Of a stretch of 64,000 nucleotides of DNA, positions 38,402-50,633 are shown in pieces (the stretch's first letter is position 1; every line of letters begins with the position of its first letter). The notes below the pieces were generated by a model. The model saw only the letters and a program-made list of their open reading frames with translations. It ran no database searches and was not told where the DNA came from. A program made the translations under genes and the position numbers. The stretch lies in the NCBI GenBank assembly GCA_030390025.1, contig CM059432.1, positions 32,862,001 to 32,926,000 on the forward strand, written 5' to 3'. Origin of the DNA: Squalus acanthias. Its lineage: Eukaryota.

Positions 38402-40895
38402 TATATATTTGGGTAGAACAAATGAGGGACAACGACATGATGAGTTGCCAGTTCAATGTGTGTGTTTATTACACAAGGGTGCACTGTGCATGCTCTTACA
38501 AATCCATGTCCGTAGTAACTGCATACATTATGATAATATATGAATACATCGTAATACGATGCTTCCCCCTTTTAAAAAAAAGTGTTTGTATTCTTTTCTC
38601 AAATATAACAAAACTATGCTCTCAGTATGTCTGTTTTACCATGTGTATTAAAACCAGATTTGTTATTTTTTGACAGTATCTTATACATGGATACTAATAA
38701 CAGTGTCAGTCGATAAATGTACTAAAGAACATTCAAGACAATTTGTGAACTGTTTTCTTATTTCAACTTATCTCACTTTAACTTTTATTATAGTTAAATT
38801 TTGGATGAATATGCACCATAAAATAATATTAACCAATTATCCAAACATTCCAGCATTAATATGCCTTAATATATTTGTTGGCTTTACTTATTCTCTTTTA
38901 TTTTTAAACATATAATATAAAGTACATATATAATAAAGTAAATATCTTTCGTCAATATTACATGTACCACATAACAATGATTCCTAGCTTTTTCTTTAAG
39001 TGAACTACAAATCCGGTTTAGTAACAGGTTTGCGGAGCCTTCCTAATCTCCTTACAGAAGATTTTGGTGTTGAACCAATTTTTGGACTGTTATGTTTTGG
39101 TTCCGAACTCAAAATGATCATGTTTCCATCTCAGACTTGTTTGAACTTGATACTTTAGTTACTGAAGTCTGAACTGAGTCAAACTCATGTATGAGTTCAT
39201 GAATATGCAGTTCATGATCATGTCTTGGTTCATCTCTAGCAGAGATCATTTGATCGAAAGCGAACACTTCGGATTTTGTCACCAATTTTAACCAAATATC
39301 TTTTGGTTCCACTGACCTCTACTAGGTTCTTACATGTCACTTGTGCGAACTTGACTTGTCAGGGGGACTGAGAACACGAACACACTCGTTTTATTTGAAA
39401 CTGCGTTCTTTCTGATTGGTGTCATAATAACATTTCTGACTCAACTGTTTCTGTTCAACTCTTGGGGCCAAATTTGGTTGAACAAGACTCAGTCGTGTTC
39501 TCGATCTCCTCTTCATCAAGAGTTCTGCTGGGGTATGTCTACATATCAATATATTGTTCGTTGATCAAAAGTTTTGTATGGAAGTCTTTCTCACAACTGC
39601 TAGCATTTCCGCTAGTGGCATAGATACTGTAGCTGCCTAGTTCTTCAGCATCAAGATTGTGAACTCCTCCCTTTTGTTGTCGCTGCTTTGCATTGCCACT
39701 AGAATGGTTCTTACTTCCTGCTTTAGATCTAACTCTGCAAGCTCCTGAAACATGGCCTTGCTTCTGACAGTGAAAACACTTTGCATTTCTGTATTGGCAG
39801 GACTGTAGGGTTTCCGTTGCAGCGATAACAATTCACTGAACTGCTCTCACCGAAATGCTTTTGTTTCAGTCTCACAGCTGTAGGTTTGGCGGTGGCTTTA
39901 TGACTGTGAACCGTGGCTGCACTAGTCCCTTGAGTTGGACAGAGTTCCCTAGCATTCTTAGATGCCATCTCCATAGATAGGGCAATTTTGCATGCTATGT
40001 CAAACATTAGGTTCGGAATGTTCAGTAACTTGGACTGAGTGCTCTCCTCCACCAGTCTACACACAAACTTAACTCGCAACACACGATCCAAAAATGTGCC
40101 GAAGTCACAATGCAAAGACAAATTCTTAAGAGCTACAATTTACTCACTGATGGTTTCACTTTGTTTTTGGTTTCTGGTATCAAACTTACAGCACTCTGCT
40201 ATTTCTAATGGCTTTGGGTCGAAATGGTCCTCGAGTTTTGCAACAATCTCTTTAAACGACACATCCTTTGCTTTCTTGGACACAAGTAGGTTTGTCAACG
40301 TTCCGTAGACATCGGGTTCGATCTCCGTCAGAAAAATTGTTTCTTTCCGTTCACAAATTCCTTTATTTTGAGCTTGAACATTCTCATCTGTACCTTCGGT
40401 CTCAATAATGTTATTGGTCCTAAAAATAAATCTCCATTCCCCTCAATGTAAGAACTGAATGGTTCGCGAGCTCGGTCATACATGCTGAGGCTTCCGATGA
40501 ATCCTGTAGGCGCAGCCATGATTGTCCCGATCCCGTCAAACAGTGACTTGTGCGAATCAATGCTGCTTTGCTGTTTATACATACACGTGAAGGCAAAGCA
40601 CAGACGATTCTGCATGAGCATTAACGGTAAAACATCGCAAAAATTCAGTTTAGGTGTCACAAATTCACCTTAAATTTGTCCGCTCGATGGTTGAACACTG
40701 TCCTTTCATGATCCCTAAAAATGGCCAAAAATGTAGTATATCTAGGTAGAACAAATGAAGGACAATGGCATGATGATTTCCAGTTCAATCTGTGTGTTTA
40801 TTACGCAAGGGCACACTGTGCATGCTCTTACAAATCCATGTGTATAGTAACTGTATACATTATGATAATGTATGAATACATCAGAATACATTACA
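38402..40895 (-). mobile_element. Internally deleted Ty3/Gypsy LTR retrotransposon; LTRs ~38402-38558 and 40732-40895
   Basis: ~160-bp direct repeats (TG...CA intact on one), 5-bp TSD AACAC, polypurine tract AAAAGGGGGAAG, gag remnants (LHCDFG, CYRC knuckle) and integrase C-terminal TPAELLMKR; no RT seen. Confidence 0.88.
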
Positions 40896-42768
40896 AACAC
40901 AAACAGCTTGCCTGATAATAAATTCTCATTGCCCTCCCGCAACCCCAGCTGAAGCTTATTCACCCCACCTAGATCAATTTCAGGCCTGTTCCTGCCCTCC
41001 ATGATCAGTAACTCATCCTCCACCCAGTGAGAAGGAAATCGCTGGGACCACTGTTGTTCACAATTTATATTAACGATTTGGACCCGGGATACGGAAGTAC
41101 AATTTCTAAATTTGCGGATGACACCAAATTGAGGGGTGCAGTTAATAACAAGGAAGAATGTGACAAAATACAGGAAGACATTAATAAACTTGCAGAATGG
41201 GCATTTAATTGGCAAATGAACATAAGAATATAAGAAATAGGAGCAGGAGTAGGCCATTTGGCCCTTCGAGTCTGCTCCGCCATTCAATAAGATCATGGTT
41301 GATCTTCTACCTTGCACTGTGAAGGTAAGTGATGGGTGCAAGTGTGGAGAGGTGAGTATGTGTGGTAAGTGGAAAGTGTTAGAAAAAGTTTACTTACCTT
41401 TGTTTCTTCCTGCAGGCTTCAAGAGTTGGGGATGCGGAAAGTCTCGCAACTCACCGGCAGAGATGACAGATGGCTGCTGCATTCTCCAATGCAACAACCA
41501 TCTAATTTCTGCTAAAGAAAGAGCTTTGATGAGTCTTGAATTCAAGAATTCATCAAACTACAGAGAATGTCAGTGTTTGACAGCTTCATAGAGCTGTCAA
41601 ACGATGACAATTCATCTGTCAACATTTTTTGACAGATGAAACATCATACGCTGACATTCTCTGTAACCGGCTTTCCCTTAATTGGCCTGCTAAACCCTCT
41701 GGGCGGGCTTAACAAGGTCAATCAAGGGAAAATAGCGTGGGTTGGCCAGAAGTCGATGGAGGCGGGACTAAAACTCGACAAGTGGGAGTCCCGCCTCCAA
41801 AAGCTCCCCATTGGCAAAATCCAGCCCTCTGTTTTCTATCCGTTAACCAATCCTCAATCCGTGCTAGTATATTACTCCCAATCCAATGAGCCCTAATTTT
41901 GTTTAATGACCTATTGTGTGGCACCTTATCGAATGCCTTCTGAAAATCCAAATAAACCACATCCACTGGATCCCCCTTATCTATTCTGCTAGTTACAACC
42001 TCAAAAAACTCTAGATTTGTCAAACACGATTTCCCTTTCATAAATCTGTGTTGACTCTGCCCAATCCTATTATTATTTTCTAAGTGCCCTGTTACCACGT
42101 TCTTAATAATTGATTCTAGCATTTTCCCTACTACTGATGTCAGGCTAACTGGTCTGTAGTTCCCCATTTTCTCTCTCCCTCCTTTCCTTAAATAGTGGGA
42201 TTACATTTGCTACCCTCCAATCTGCGGGAACCATTCTAGAATCTATGGAATTTTGGAAAATGACAACCAATGCATCCACTATCTCTATAGCCAACTCTTC
42301 AAAACCCTAGGATCCAGGCCATCAGGTCCAGGGGATTTATTGGCTTTCAGTCCCATTAATTTCTCCAGTACTACTTTTTTACTAATACTAATATCTTTCA
42401 GTTCCTCATTCTCGCTAGACCCTTGGTTGTCCACTATTTCCAGGAATTTTTTTGCATCTTCTTCCATGAAGACAGACACAAAGTATTTGTTTAATTTCTC
42501 TGCCATTTACTTTCGCTAATCTTTTCCTTTTTACATACCTATAGAAGCTTTTACAGTCTGTTTTTATGTCTCTCACTAGTTTACTCTCATATTCTTTTTT
42601 CCCTTTCTTTATCAATTTCTTGATCCTCCTTTGCTGAATTCTAAAATCCTTCCAATCCTCAGGCTTACTACTCTTTTTGGCAGCATTATTAGCCTCTTCC
42701 TTTAATTTAATACTATCTTAAACTTCTCTTGTTAGCCACGGTTGGACCACTTTTCCTGTGGGGTTTTT

Positions 42769-43455
42769 GGGGGAAAATTGAGTCGCGCCCCCTTTGGGGC
42801 GCTAACTACGCCAGGGCGCTACTTTTAGCGCCCCGAAAAAATTAGCGCCCCCGCGGCCGATTTTCCCAAGTAGCGCCCCGAGAGGGAGGAGGGGCGCTAC
42901 TGGCGCAGCGAGGCAATATCGCAGCGTTGCGCCACAGTACTGCAGGCCTTCCTCCCCTTGTTAAAGGGGAGGGGCCTGGCGCAGCGTGTCCCGGCGCCCA
43001 ACTGGGCCACCAGGGATCAGGAGTGCCGGCAAATGAGCTTGGCACTCAAAAGGAGTGCCGGGCTCACGGACAGCAGCAGGCACCCCGCGGGGGGGGGGGC
43101 TTCACAGGGGCCGGGGACAGCAACAAAAATGGCTGCCCACCACCTCCTCTTTAACTAGTGCCGCACTGGCCGCAGGTAGGCCCCCCTGACCCCGTCGGAC
43201 ATAGCGTCCGGCGGTAAGTCAGGAGGCGTTTCCGAAGACGCGGCCGGGGTGCGAGTGGGGCGCTGCGCACAGCAATGACGGCATCGCTGGCGGTGCAGCG
43301 CCACAGGGCGCTAACGGTTACCACCGCCGCTAACCTCCCGCTGAATTTCGCAGGAGGTGTTGGCGGTGCTGCGCCGGGGCGCTATTTGCTTTGCGCTCTG
43401 TTAGCGCCCTCTTAGGGCGCTAACGGGAGGTGCAAAGCAACCGAATATTTCCCTC
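42769..43455. mobile_element. GC-rich MITE, PIF/Harbinger-like, copy 1
   Basis: GGGGGAAAATT...AATATTTCCCTC ends, 3-bp TTT flanks, interrupts a CR1. Confidence 0.75.
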
Positions 43456-43624
43456 TTTGTGCCTGAAAGGAATGTACATTTGTTGTAAATTATGTATTAA
43501 TTCTTTAAATGCTAGCCATTACTCATCCACTGTCATACCTTTTAATGAATTTCAACATAGATAAGTGTGAGGTGGTGCATTTTGGTAGGAAGAATAAGGA
43601 GGCCACATACTGCTTGGATATTAA

Positions 43625-44207
43625 GGGGGCAAAATTCGGTTGCTTTGCGCCTCCTGTTAGTGCCCCTGGGGGGCGCTAATGGGGCACAAAGCTCCTAGCG
43701 CCCAGGCGCAGCACCGCTAATGGCTCCCGCAAAATTCAGCAGGAGGTTAGCGGCAGCGGTAGCCGGTAGTGCCCCGCGGCGCTGCGGGCGATGACGTAAT
43801 TGCTGTGCACAGCGCCCCGCTCGCACCCCGGCCGCAAACTTCGGTTGCATCCCCTGACCTATCGCCGGACGTTTTTGCAGCCGTAGCGGCGCAAGTTAAA
43901 GGGCAGGTGTTGGGCGGCCATTTTTTTTGGCCGACTGTCAGCATCTGCCCCCTTCCGCTTTTTTCTTTGGGGTGCCAGCTGCGATCGCTCAGCTCGGCTC
44001 TCCTCTAGAGTACCGGGCTGTTTTCCCGGCACCCCGCTCCCCGGTGGTCCAGCAGGGCCCCGGTGTGTGCAGCGCTAGACCCCTCCCCAGTAGCGCCATG
44101 CCTCCTGCTTGGGGCGCTACCACTGAATTTATGGCACTGGGGTACTAACCTTGTAGTGCCCCGGCGAAGTTAGTGCCCCAAAGGGGGCGCCACCGAATTT
44201 CTCCCCC
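43625..44207. mobile_element. GC-rich MITE, PIF/Harbinger-like, copy 2 (inverted relative to copy 1)
   Basis: TIR GGGGGCAAAATTCGGT / ACCGAATTTCTCCCCC and TAA target duplication. Confidence 0.82.
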
Positions 44208-45665
44208 TAAGAGTCTAAATAGGGTAGAGAAGCAAAGGGATCTAAGGGTACAGATACACAAATCACTAAAAGTAGCAGCGCAGGTTAATAAGGCTATAAA
44301 AAAGCAAACCAAGCACTGGTGTTCATTTCTAGAGGGATATAATTGAAAACAGGGAAGTCATTTAAACTTGGATAGAAGCTTGCTTAGACCACACTTGAAG
44401 TACTATGCACAGTTCTGATCTCCATATTATAAAAAGGATATAGAGTCATTGGGGAAGGTGCAAAAAAGATTCACAAAGATGATACCAGAACTGAGAGATT
44501 ATAAGTTTCAGGAAAGATTGAATAGGCTGTGGCTCTTTTCTCTAGAAAAGAGGTTTAGGGGTGACCTGATAGAGGTCTTTTTCTGTGCTGTATATTCTGT
44601 GTCATTCTATGTAAATCATAGAACAGTGCATCACAGAAGGAGGCCATTCAGCCCATCGAGTCTGCGCCGGCTCTTTTGAAGAGCAATCCAGTTAATCCCA
44701 CTCCCCCGCTCTTTCCCCATATCCCTGCAATTTTTTCTCCTTCAAGTATTTATCCAATTCCCTTTTGAAGCCTACTATTGAATCTGTATCCACCACCCTA
44801 TCAGACAGTGCATTCCAAATCCTAACCACTCATTGGGTAAGAAAGTTTTCCCTTGTGTCGCCTCTGGTTTTTTGCCAATCACCTTAAAGCTGTGCCCTCG
44901 TTATTGATCCTTCAGCCATTGGAAACAGTTTCTCTTTATTCACTCTATCTAAACCCTTCATGATTTTAAACACCTCCTATCAAACCTCCTCTTCACCTTC
45001 TCTGCTGCAAAGAGAACATGATGCGGAGATGCTCCAGTCTATCCACGTAACTGTAATCCCTCATCCCTGGAACCATTCGAGTAAATCTCTTCTGTACCCT
45101 CTCCAAAGCCTTCACGTCCTTCCTAAAGTGCGGTGCCCATAATTGGACACAATACTCCAGCTGGGGCCGAACTAGCGTTTTACATAGGTTTAGCATAACT
45201 TTCTGGCTTTTGTATTCTATGCCTCTATAAAGCCCAGGATCCCATAAAAGATAATGAAAGGGTAGATGTGGAGAAAATTTTTCCACTTGTGGGAGAGACC
45301 AAAACTAGAAGCTATAAATATAAGATAGTCACTTATAAATCCATTAAAGAATTCAGGAGAAACTTCTTTACCCAAAGAGTGGTAAGGATGTGGAACAATC
45401 TTTCCAGATAGCTGTAATCTCCCATATGTAATAATATTCTGTTATCATTTCCATTAATTGAACTATTGAAAGAAAATCACTCTGGGAAATCATACAGTTC
45501 TGTGGAATTTGAGAAGTGTGGGAAACTAGAAACAAGTAAGTTGCTTAATTCAGACTGTGATGCTTTTTAAATTTGTTGATCATTTCTTTTACAAGGGCAA
45601 GGCTTTTTTCTGGCTTGAGAGCTAAACAGAAGGAGCATCCACATTTAGCGAGAAGCAGTCCCATT

Positions 45666-45773
45666 TCACTCTAAAAACACTTCTGTTGAAAGATTCCTGA
45701 TGAAGTTCTGAACTTGAACGGCATCAGGCCTTGTGGTTGAGTCAATGTTCAGCATCATGTTTAACTGTTTGGT
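45666..45773 (-). CDS. eIF2-alpha kinase last coding exon, subdomain XI: TKQLNMMLNIDSTTRPDAVQVQNFIRNLSTEVFLE*
   Basis: ttgcag|ACC...TGA, 108 nt. ML..D...RP.A carries the invariant subdomain XI Arg. Confidence 0.88.
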   Translation of the reverse strand, partial: TKQLNMMLNIDSTTRPDAVQVQNFIRNLSTEVFLE

Positions 45774-46887
45774 CTGCAAGATATCAGAATAAGCACGTAC
45801 ACATTAAACACCAGTAGTAATTACATGTCATTACGAGAAGCAGCACAACGTTTGAAACCCCCCAGTGGATAGTGATCAAGAGCAGATCCTAGGCAATTCT
45901 TTCCCCTCCTTCCTTGCCTTGGAGTGCTGAGGCCAATTGTGGCACCTTTTCTGGCAACTCGCCTGGTATCAGATTGTAAAGGAGGGCTTAATGAGAGTAC
46001 AGGGTAATAAGGGTGTGTGATGTGCTGAATGGCTAAGCCAGTTAAAACTGGTGCATTAATCTAGTGAGTGCACAACCTAATTGGCTGTGCTGCTTATTTT
46101 GCTGAAATTAAAAATATACTAATTTGTGACTGCTTACTGGACCTTGTTAACGCATTGTGAAATGAGACAGCCTTGTGATGAAACAATGGGCCTAAGACAG
46201 TGATAGGAGCGGGAAAATGGCGAGACAGCTATATGATTAACTATATGATTAATGTTAAACAACTTAGCAAACTGGAGTTCTGTGAGGAACTAGCTCATTT
46301 CTGGGGTTCTTATGCACAACAACTCCTATCACGCTATAATAAATCATTCAGGGTTGTTTAGTAAGACGAAAACGGTGTATAGAGGGACACTGTGCAGTAA
46401 CAAGTGGTAGAGTGACCAGACGGTGAAGTATGAAGATTGCCTCGACTACGCTCTTCTACCCAGAGGAGGAATGGGATAATATTGTTTTACTTCTCTGTAA
46501 ATTACTGCTTAAATACTGAAATGTATTAGAACTCATCTGTGCTTAAAATAAAGAACGATTGTACCAATTTTGGTGTCACCTCCGAATCCATTACAGCATA
46601 GATGAGGGAGGCAACTTGCCCTGTTATCACCCCACGACAGGTAGTGTATTTACCCACCAATCTATTGGGGCTGTATGTTGTAACCTTTGACTTTGTCACT
46701 CAAGGCATTCATTGACTATCAGCATCCACCCAAAACTGACTAAAATCATCACTATTCATTCTAAAAATACAGAAATCATTGCAAAGCCATGATCCATTCT
46801 AAAAATATAACTGGAAGTACCAATAGTACCATATAAAAGATAGGTCTTAATTCAGCTAATTCGAAATGACGTTTCAATAATTCTTAC

Positions 46888-46950
46888 CTCTTTGGGAAAG
46901 TTCCTTGTAAGTTCTTTAGGAAACTCACAAGCTTTTGCTTCAGTCCATAT
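46888..46950 (-). CDS. eIF2-alpha kinase exon, subdomain X: IWTEAKACEFPKELTRNFPKE
   Basis: caacag|ATA...AGAG|gtaag, 63 nt, phase 0-0. Size and FP...P.E pattern fit the penultimate exon of PKR/PERK genes. Confidence 0.88.
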
Positions 46951-47164
46951 CTGTTGAAAAGAAAGCAGTTATTCTTTCGGTAGGTTGTGAATTAAACATT
47001 TGTCGTGATTCTCAAGGGAAAGAAATCCATTATTTCTCTGACATAATTTTAATCTTGGTATTTTGTGTTCAAAACACTAAGAAGAAAAAGTAAAATGTAA
47101 AGTTTAGGTTTGTTCCAATCTACACCCAAAACCGCACCCAGACTCGATATGTAACAATCCTTAA

Positions 47165-47184
47165 GTGTCAGCCGTGTCTCAGTT

Positions 47185-47215
<31 letters not shown>

Positions 47216-47540
47216 GTGGGTTCAATTCCCACTCCAGAGAATTGAGCACACAAATGTAGGCTGACACTCCAGTGCAGTACTGAGGGAGTGTTGCATTGTC
47301 GGAGGTGTTGCCTTTCGGTTGAAATGTTATACCGAGGCCCTGTCTGCTCTCTCAGGTGGACGTAAAAGATCCCATGGCACTATTTCGAAGAAGAGCAGGG
47401 GCGCTATCCCCGGTGTCCTGGCCAATATTCATCCCTCAAATCAACATCACTAAAACAGATTATCTGGTCATTATCGCATTGCTGTTTGTGGGAGCTTGCT
47501 GTGTGCAAATTGGCTGTCACGTTTCCTACATTACAACAAA
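47165..47540 (+). mobile_element. tRNA-head SINE, DeuSINE-like
   Basis: A-box TGTCTCAGTTGG, B-box GGTTCAATTCC, central conserved block. Confidence 0.8.
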
Positions 47541-48649
47541 GTCAATCCTCTGTGGGAGACTCAGTAATCTGACACTTGAGCCAGGCAGATCTGTGTCAGC
47601 GACCCAGTTAAAAAGGGTCTATGCAAAATGAGTTTGGGAAGTCACAACCCATTTATTAGTGAGAGTGTGTTCAAATAAAAAACATCCCAATTAGGCACCC
47701 TTTGGCAGAAGGGGTAAAAGGATGAATGTTCTGGGAAATGTCACACTGGTTTATTGGGCGAGGGGACTGTTCTGAGCTTGGGGATTATCGCACATTGCTG
47801 AGTAGGAGATTTACTCTGCAGTTGACTGTGTCCTACCTGACCCATTCATAAGCACAACTCAAAGATCCAGCCACTTTATCTAACCTGATGGCCATTGAGA
47901 GACTAATCTGTTACCACTGAATTAACATATCTTTAAACATTTAGAAATAATTACCAAAGTTCTGTTCCTGAATATTACCTGTGACTGAAAATGGATTAAT
48001 ATATTTGTGGATTTGTATAGTACAGTACTGCTCTTTAGTTTTGCTTACCAACACACCTGAGTTTCCTCTCATCAATGTGTGCCTTCTAATTTAATTTTAT
48101 CTACACTAGTGCCCCTTTGCACACTCCTCGAACAGCCAATGAGTTGCTTAATCCCCAGTACTACGAACAGGACGTAGACACAACCTTATTTGAGAGGATG
48201 CATGAGAAGCAAAGTGGCTTTTACAGGAACAGAGATAGTCACCTGAATGTGAAAGCTTAAGGGCGTGAGGAAGATGTGCAAAGCCTTGAGGATAACCACC
48301 AAAGTAATGGAGAAATGGAGTTGCTGGATTTACATGCACGGATTCACAATTTTCAATCTTAAAGTAAAAGTTACCACAAACAATGTAATTGGAAGTCATT
48401 GTAAGCCTTTTACTGACACAGATATAATTGTGTAAACATGCCACAATGAAGGTGGTGCTTATTTTTAAAAAGGGGTCTCATAACATTTTGCATCGTGCTT
48501 ATTATGAATGTGAAATAAAGCGAATACAGCACATAATTCTTGCTGAATAGCCCTACCATTAATATCTACTCATGCCACTTTCACTGAAAAATAACAGCAA
48601 ATAACAGCAGTACTTGTAGAAGCAGTAACACAAAGAAGACCATGACAAG

Positions 48650-49100
48650 CATAAAGTTACAAAGTGATATAGACAGACTAAGTGAGTGGGCTAAACTATG
48701 GGAGGTGGAGTTCAATGTGGGGAAGTGTGAGATTATCCACTTGGATCCGAGAAAGACAAATCAGAATATTTTCTTAATGGTGAGAGACTAGGAGCTGTGG
48801 AGGAGCAAAGGGTTTAGTGTTTATGTACACAAATCAATAAAAGCTAGTGCACAGGTACAAAAAGTAATCAAAAAGGCTAATGGAACGTTGGCCTTTAGCT
48901 GAAGACGGTTGGAATATAAAAGTGAGGAAGTGATACTTCATTTGTATAGAGCCTTGGTCAGACCCCATCTGGCGTACTCCGTTCAATTTTGGCCAATATA
49001 GCTCTGGAAAGAAGATATATTGACATTGGTGGGTGCACACCGCAGATTCACCCAAATTATACCGGGGCTTAAAATTATGAGTTTGGAAGGTTGAGGGGCT
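48650..49100 (+). mobile_element. CR1 fragment, decayed
   Basis: LQSDIDRLSEWAKLW..FNVGKCE and LYRALVRPHL remnants. Confidence 0.8.
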
Positions 49101-49423
49101 GATTAAGTGATTTCAGCAGGCTGACAGTAAGGGCATCATGGTCAGTTTCAACATTTCAATGCCAGGGACGGGACTCTCAGCATGGCTCAAGCTCTGATCA
49201 CTATCTAGTAGCTCCTGCTGGAAAGACTGGTGGTGTCCTGATATTCAAACAGCCTGCCAACACTCACCGTCGAGCATAAAGAATGGGCGTATGAGTGAGA
49301 TTGTCAAAGACCCGTGTACTACATCTCAGGAATGACTTAGCATCTTTAGGGAAGAAGGGAGAAAATTAAGCAGTAGAAAACTTTTTCTCTCTTATGCAGC
49401 CCACATTATTGATTAAATCCTAC

Positions 49424-49531
49424 CTTCTGCTTTTCATGATTTGTTCCAAATTGCAAAGCAGGCACCATAAGTTCAAATAATATGAGACCCAAGGAATAGA
49501 TATCCACTTTGTGGTTGTATACATCAGATAT
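49424..49531 (-). CDS. eIF2-alpha kinase exon, subdomain IX: ISDVYNHKVDIYSLGLILFELMVPALQFGTNHEKQK
   Basis: ttgcag|ATA...GAAG|gtagga, 108 nt, phase 0-0. YxHKVDIYSLGLILFEL motif. Confidence 0.93.
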
Positions 49532-49952
49532 CTGCAATCAAAATTTAAAAAACCATCACACATTAGAACTACATCACAACAAATGGAAAGTTGGATATAA
49601 TAAGACTCAGTGCAGAGAATACTCCTCCAATATCCCATTCATCACATTCCTTAATGTTTCATCACCTAAACCTACGCAAGAAAAACAAGTTTCAATGTCG
49701 CGAATGTGTGGCTCAGGCATTTACTGTGAAGGAATAGCCAGGATTCAGAAAAATACACGATACTAAGAACAGATTTCTGAAATTATTAATAAATGACATA
49801 CTGGGTTTAAAAGACATAAGCCTTAGCAGACAAGGCTGCAGGCACAATACAGGCTTATGAGATAAGATGGTTTGTTAACACAAAGCTGTGAACACAAGCT
49901 TTGAAATGGGAATTGGTTTGTAAATACAGAGACAAAGCCCCTATTGAAGCAA

Positions 49953-50156
49953 TGATGCGGAGATGCCGGTGTTGGACTGGGGTGGACAAAAATAAGAAGT
50001 CGCACAACACCAGGTTATAGTCCAACAGTTTTATTTGAAATTACGAGCTTTCGGAGCTCTGCTCCTGTACTGTACCTGACGAAGGAGCAGAGCTCCGAAA
50101 GCTCGTAATTTCAAATAAAACTGTTGGACTATAACCTGGTGTTGTGCGACTTCTCA
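49953..50156. mobile_element. Penelope terminal-repeat inverted insert (perfect 71-bp arms) with a hammerhead core
   Basis: Arms 49995-50065 and 50084-50154; 12-bp TSD CTATTGAAGCAA; CTGACGA 50076-50082 ... GAAA 50097-50100. Confidence 0.85.
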
Positions 50157-50633
50157 CTATTGAAGCAAACCATTGGTGGTTCCTCTATGTCTAGAGTTTG
50201 GGAGAAAAGCAATGGAATCACCCAGTTTAAAGTGTCAAAAGCTAACACTGATGCAAACAGAAACTTAGAATATTAAACAACCATAAGCCTTCATAATATA
50301 ACATCAAATAAGACAGGAAACATGATTAAATATGCAACCAATTGAGATAGCTAGAAAACAAGTAAACACTGAGTTAAAGTGTTTTAAATTTACATATTGT
50401 AAATATGATACCTACAGAAGGCTTTGAAGAAATGACAACAAGTAAAAGAAACGCCTGCTGAACAAATAGTTTCATGTTCAGATTGAAATATGGAGTCCCG
50501 AGGTCTGATAAAAACCAATTGAAGTAAATAAGAAATGTATGGAACACTCTAGAAGAAGTATTTACAAGTTGTAAAATATACCTACAGAAAGACTTTGAAA
50601 ATGACATCAATGGATGCATCAAGCAATTACATT

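Larger units (their letters stand above)
41030..45400. mobile_element. Nested CR1 cluster: + CR1 (41030-41220, 43548-44580, 45250-45400) interrupted by - CR1 pieces (41221-43547, 44615-45245) and MITEs
   Basis: KFADDTKL, NYRPVSLTSVVGK, LDFQKAFDKVPH, LVRPQLEYC remnants on both strands; AATGAA repeated at the junctions. Confidence 0.82.

Noticed and set aside
47165..47240. tRNA gene
   Set aside because: The A/B boxes belong to a SINE head that continues into the SINE body; no acceptor stem or terminator.
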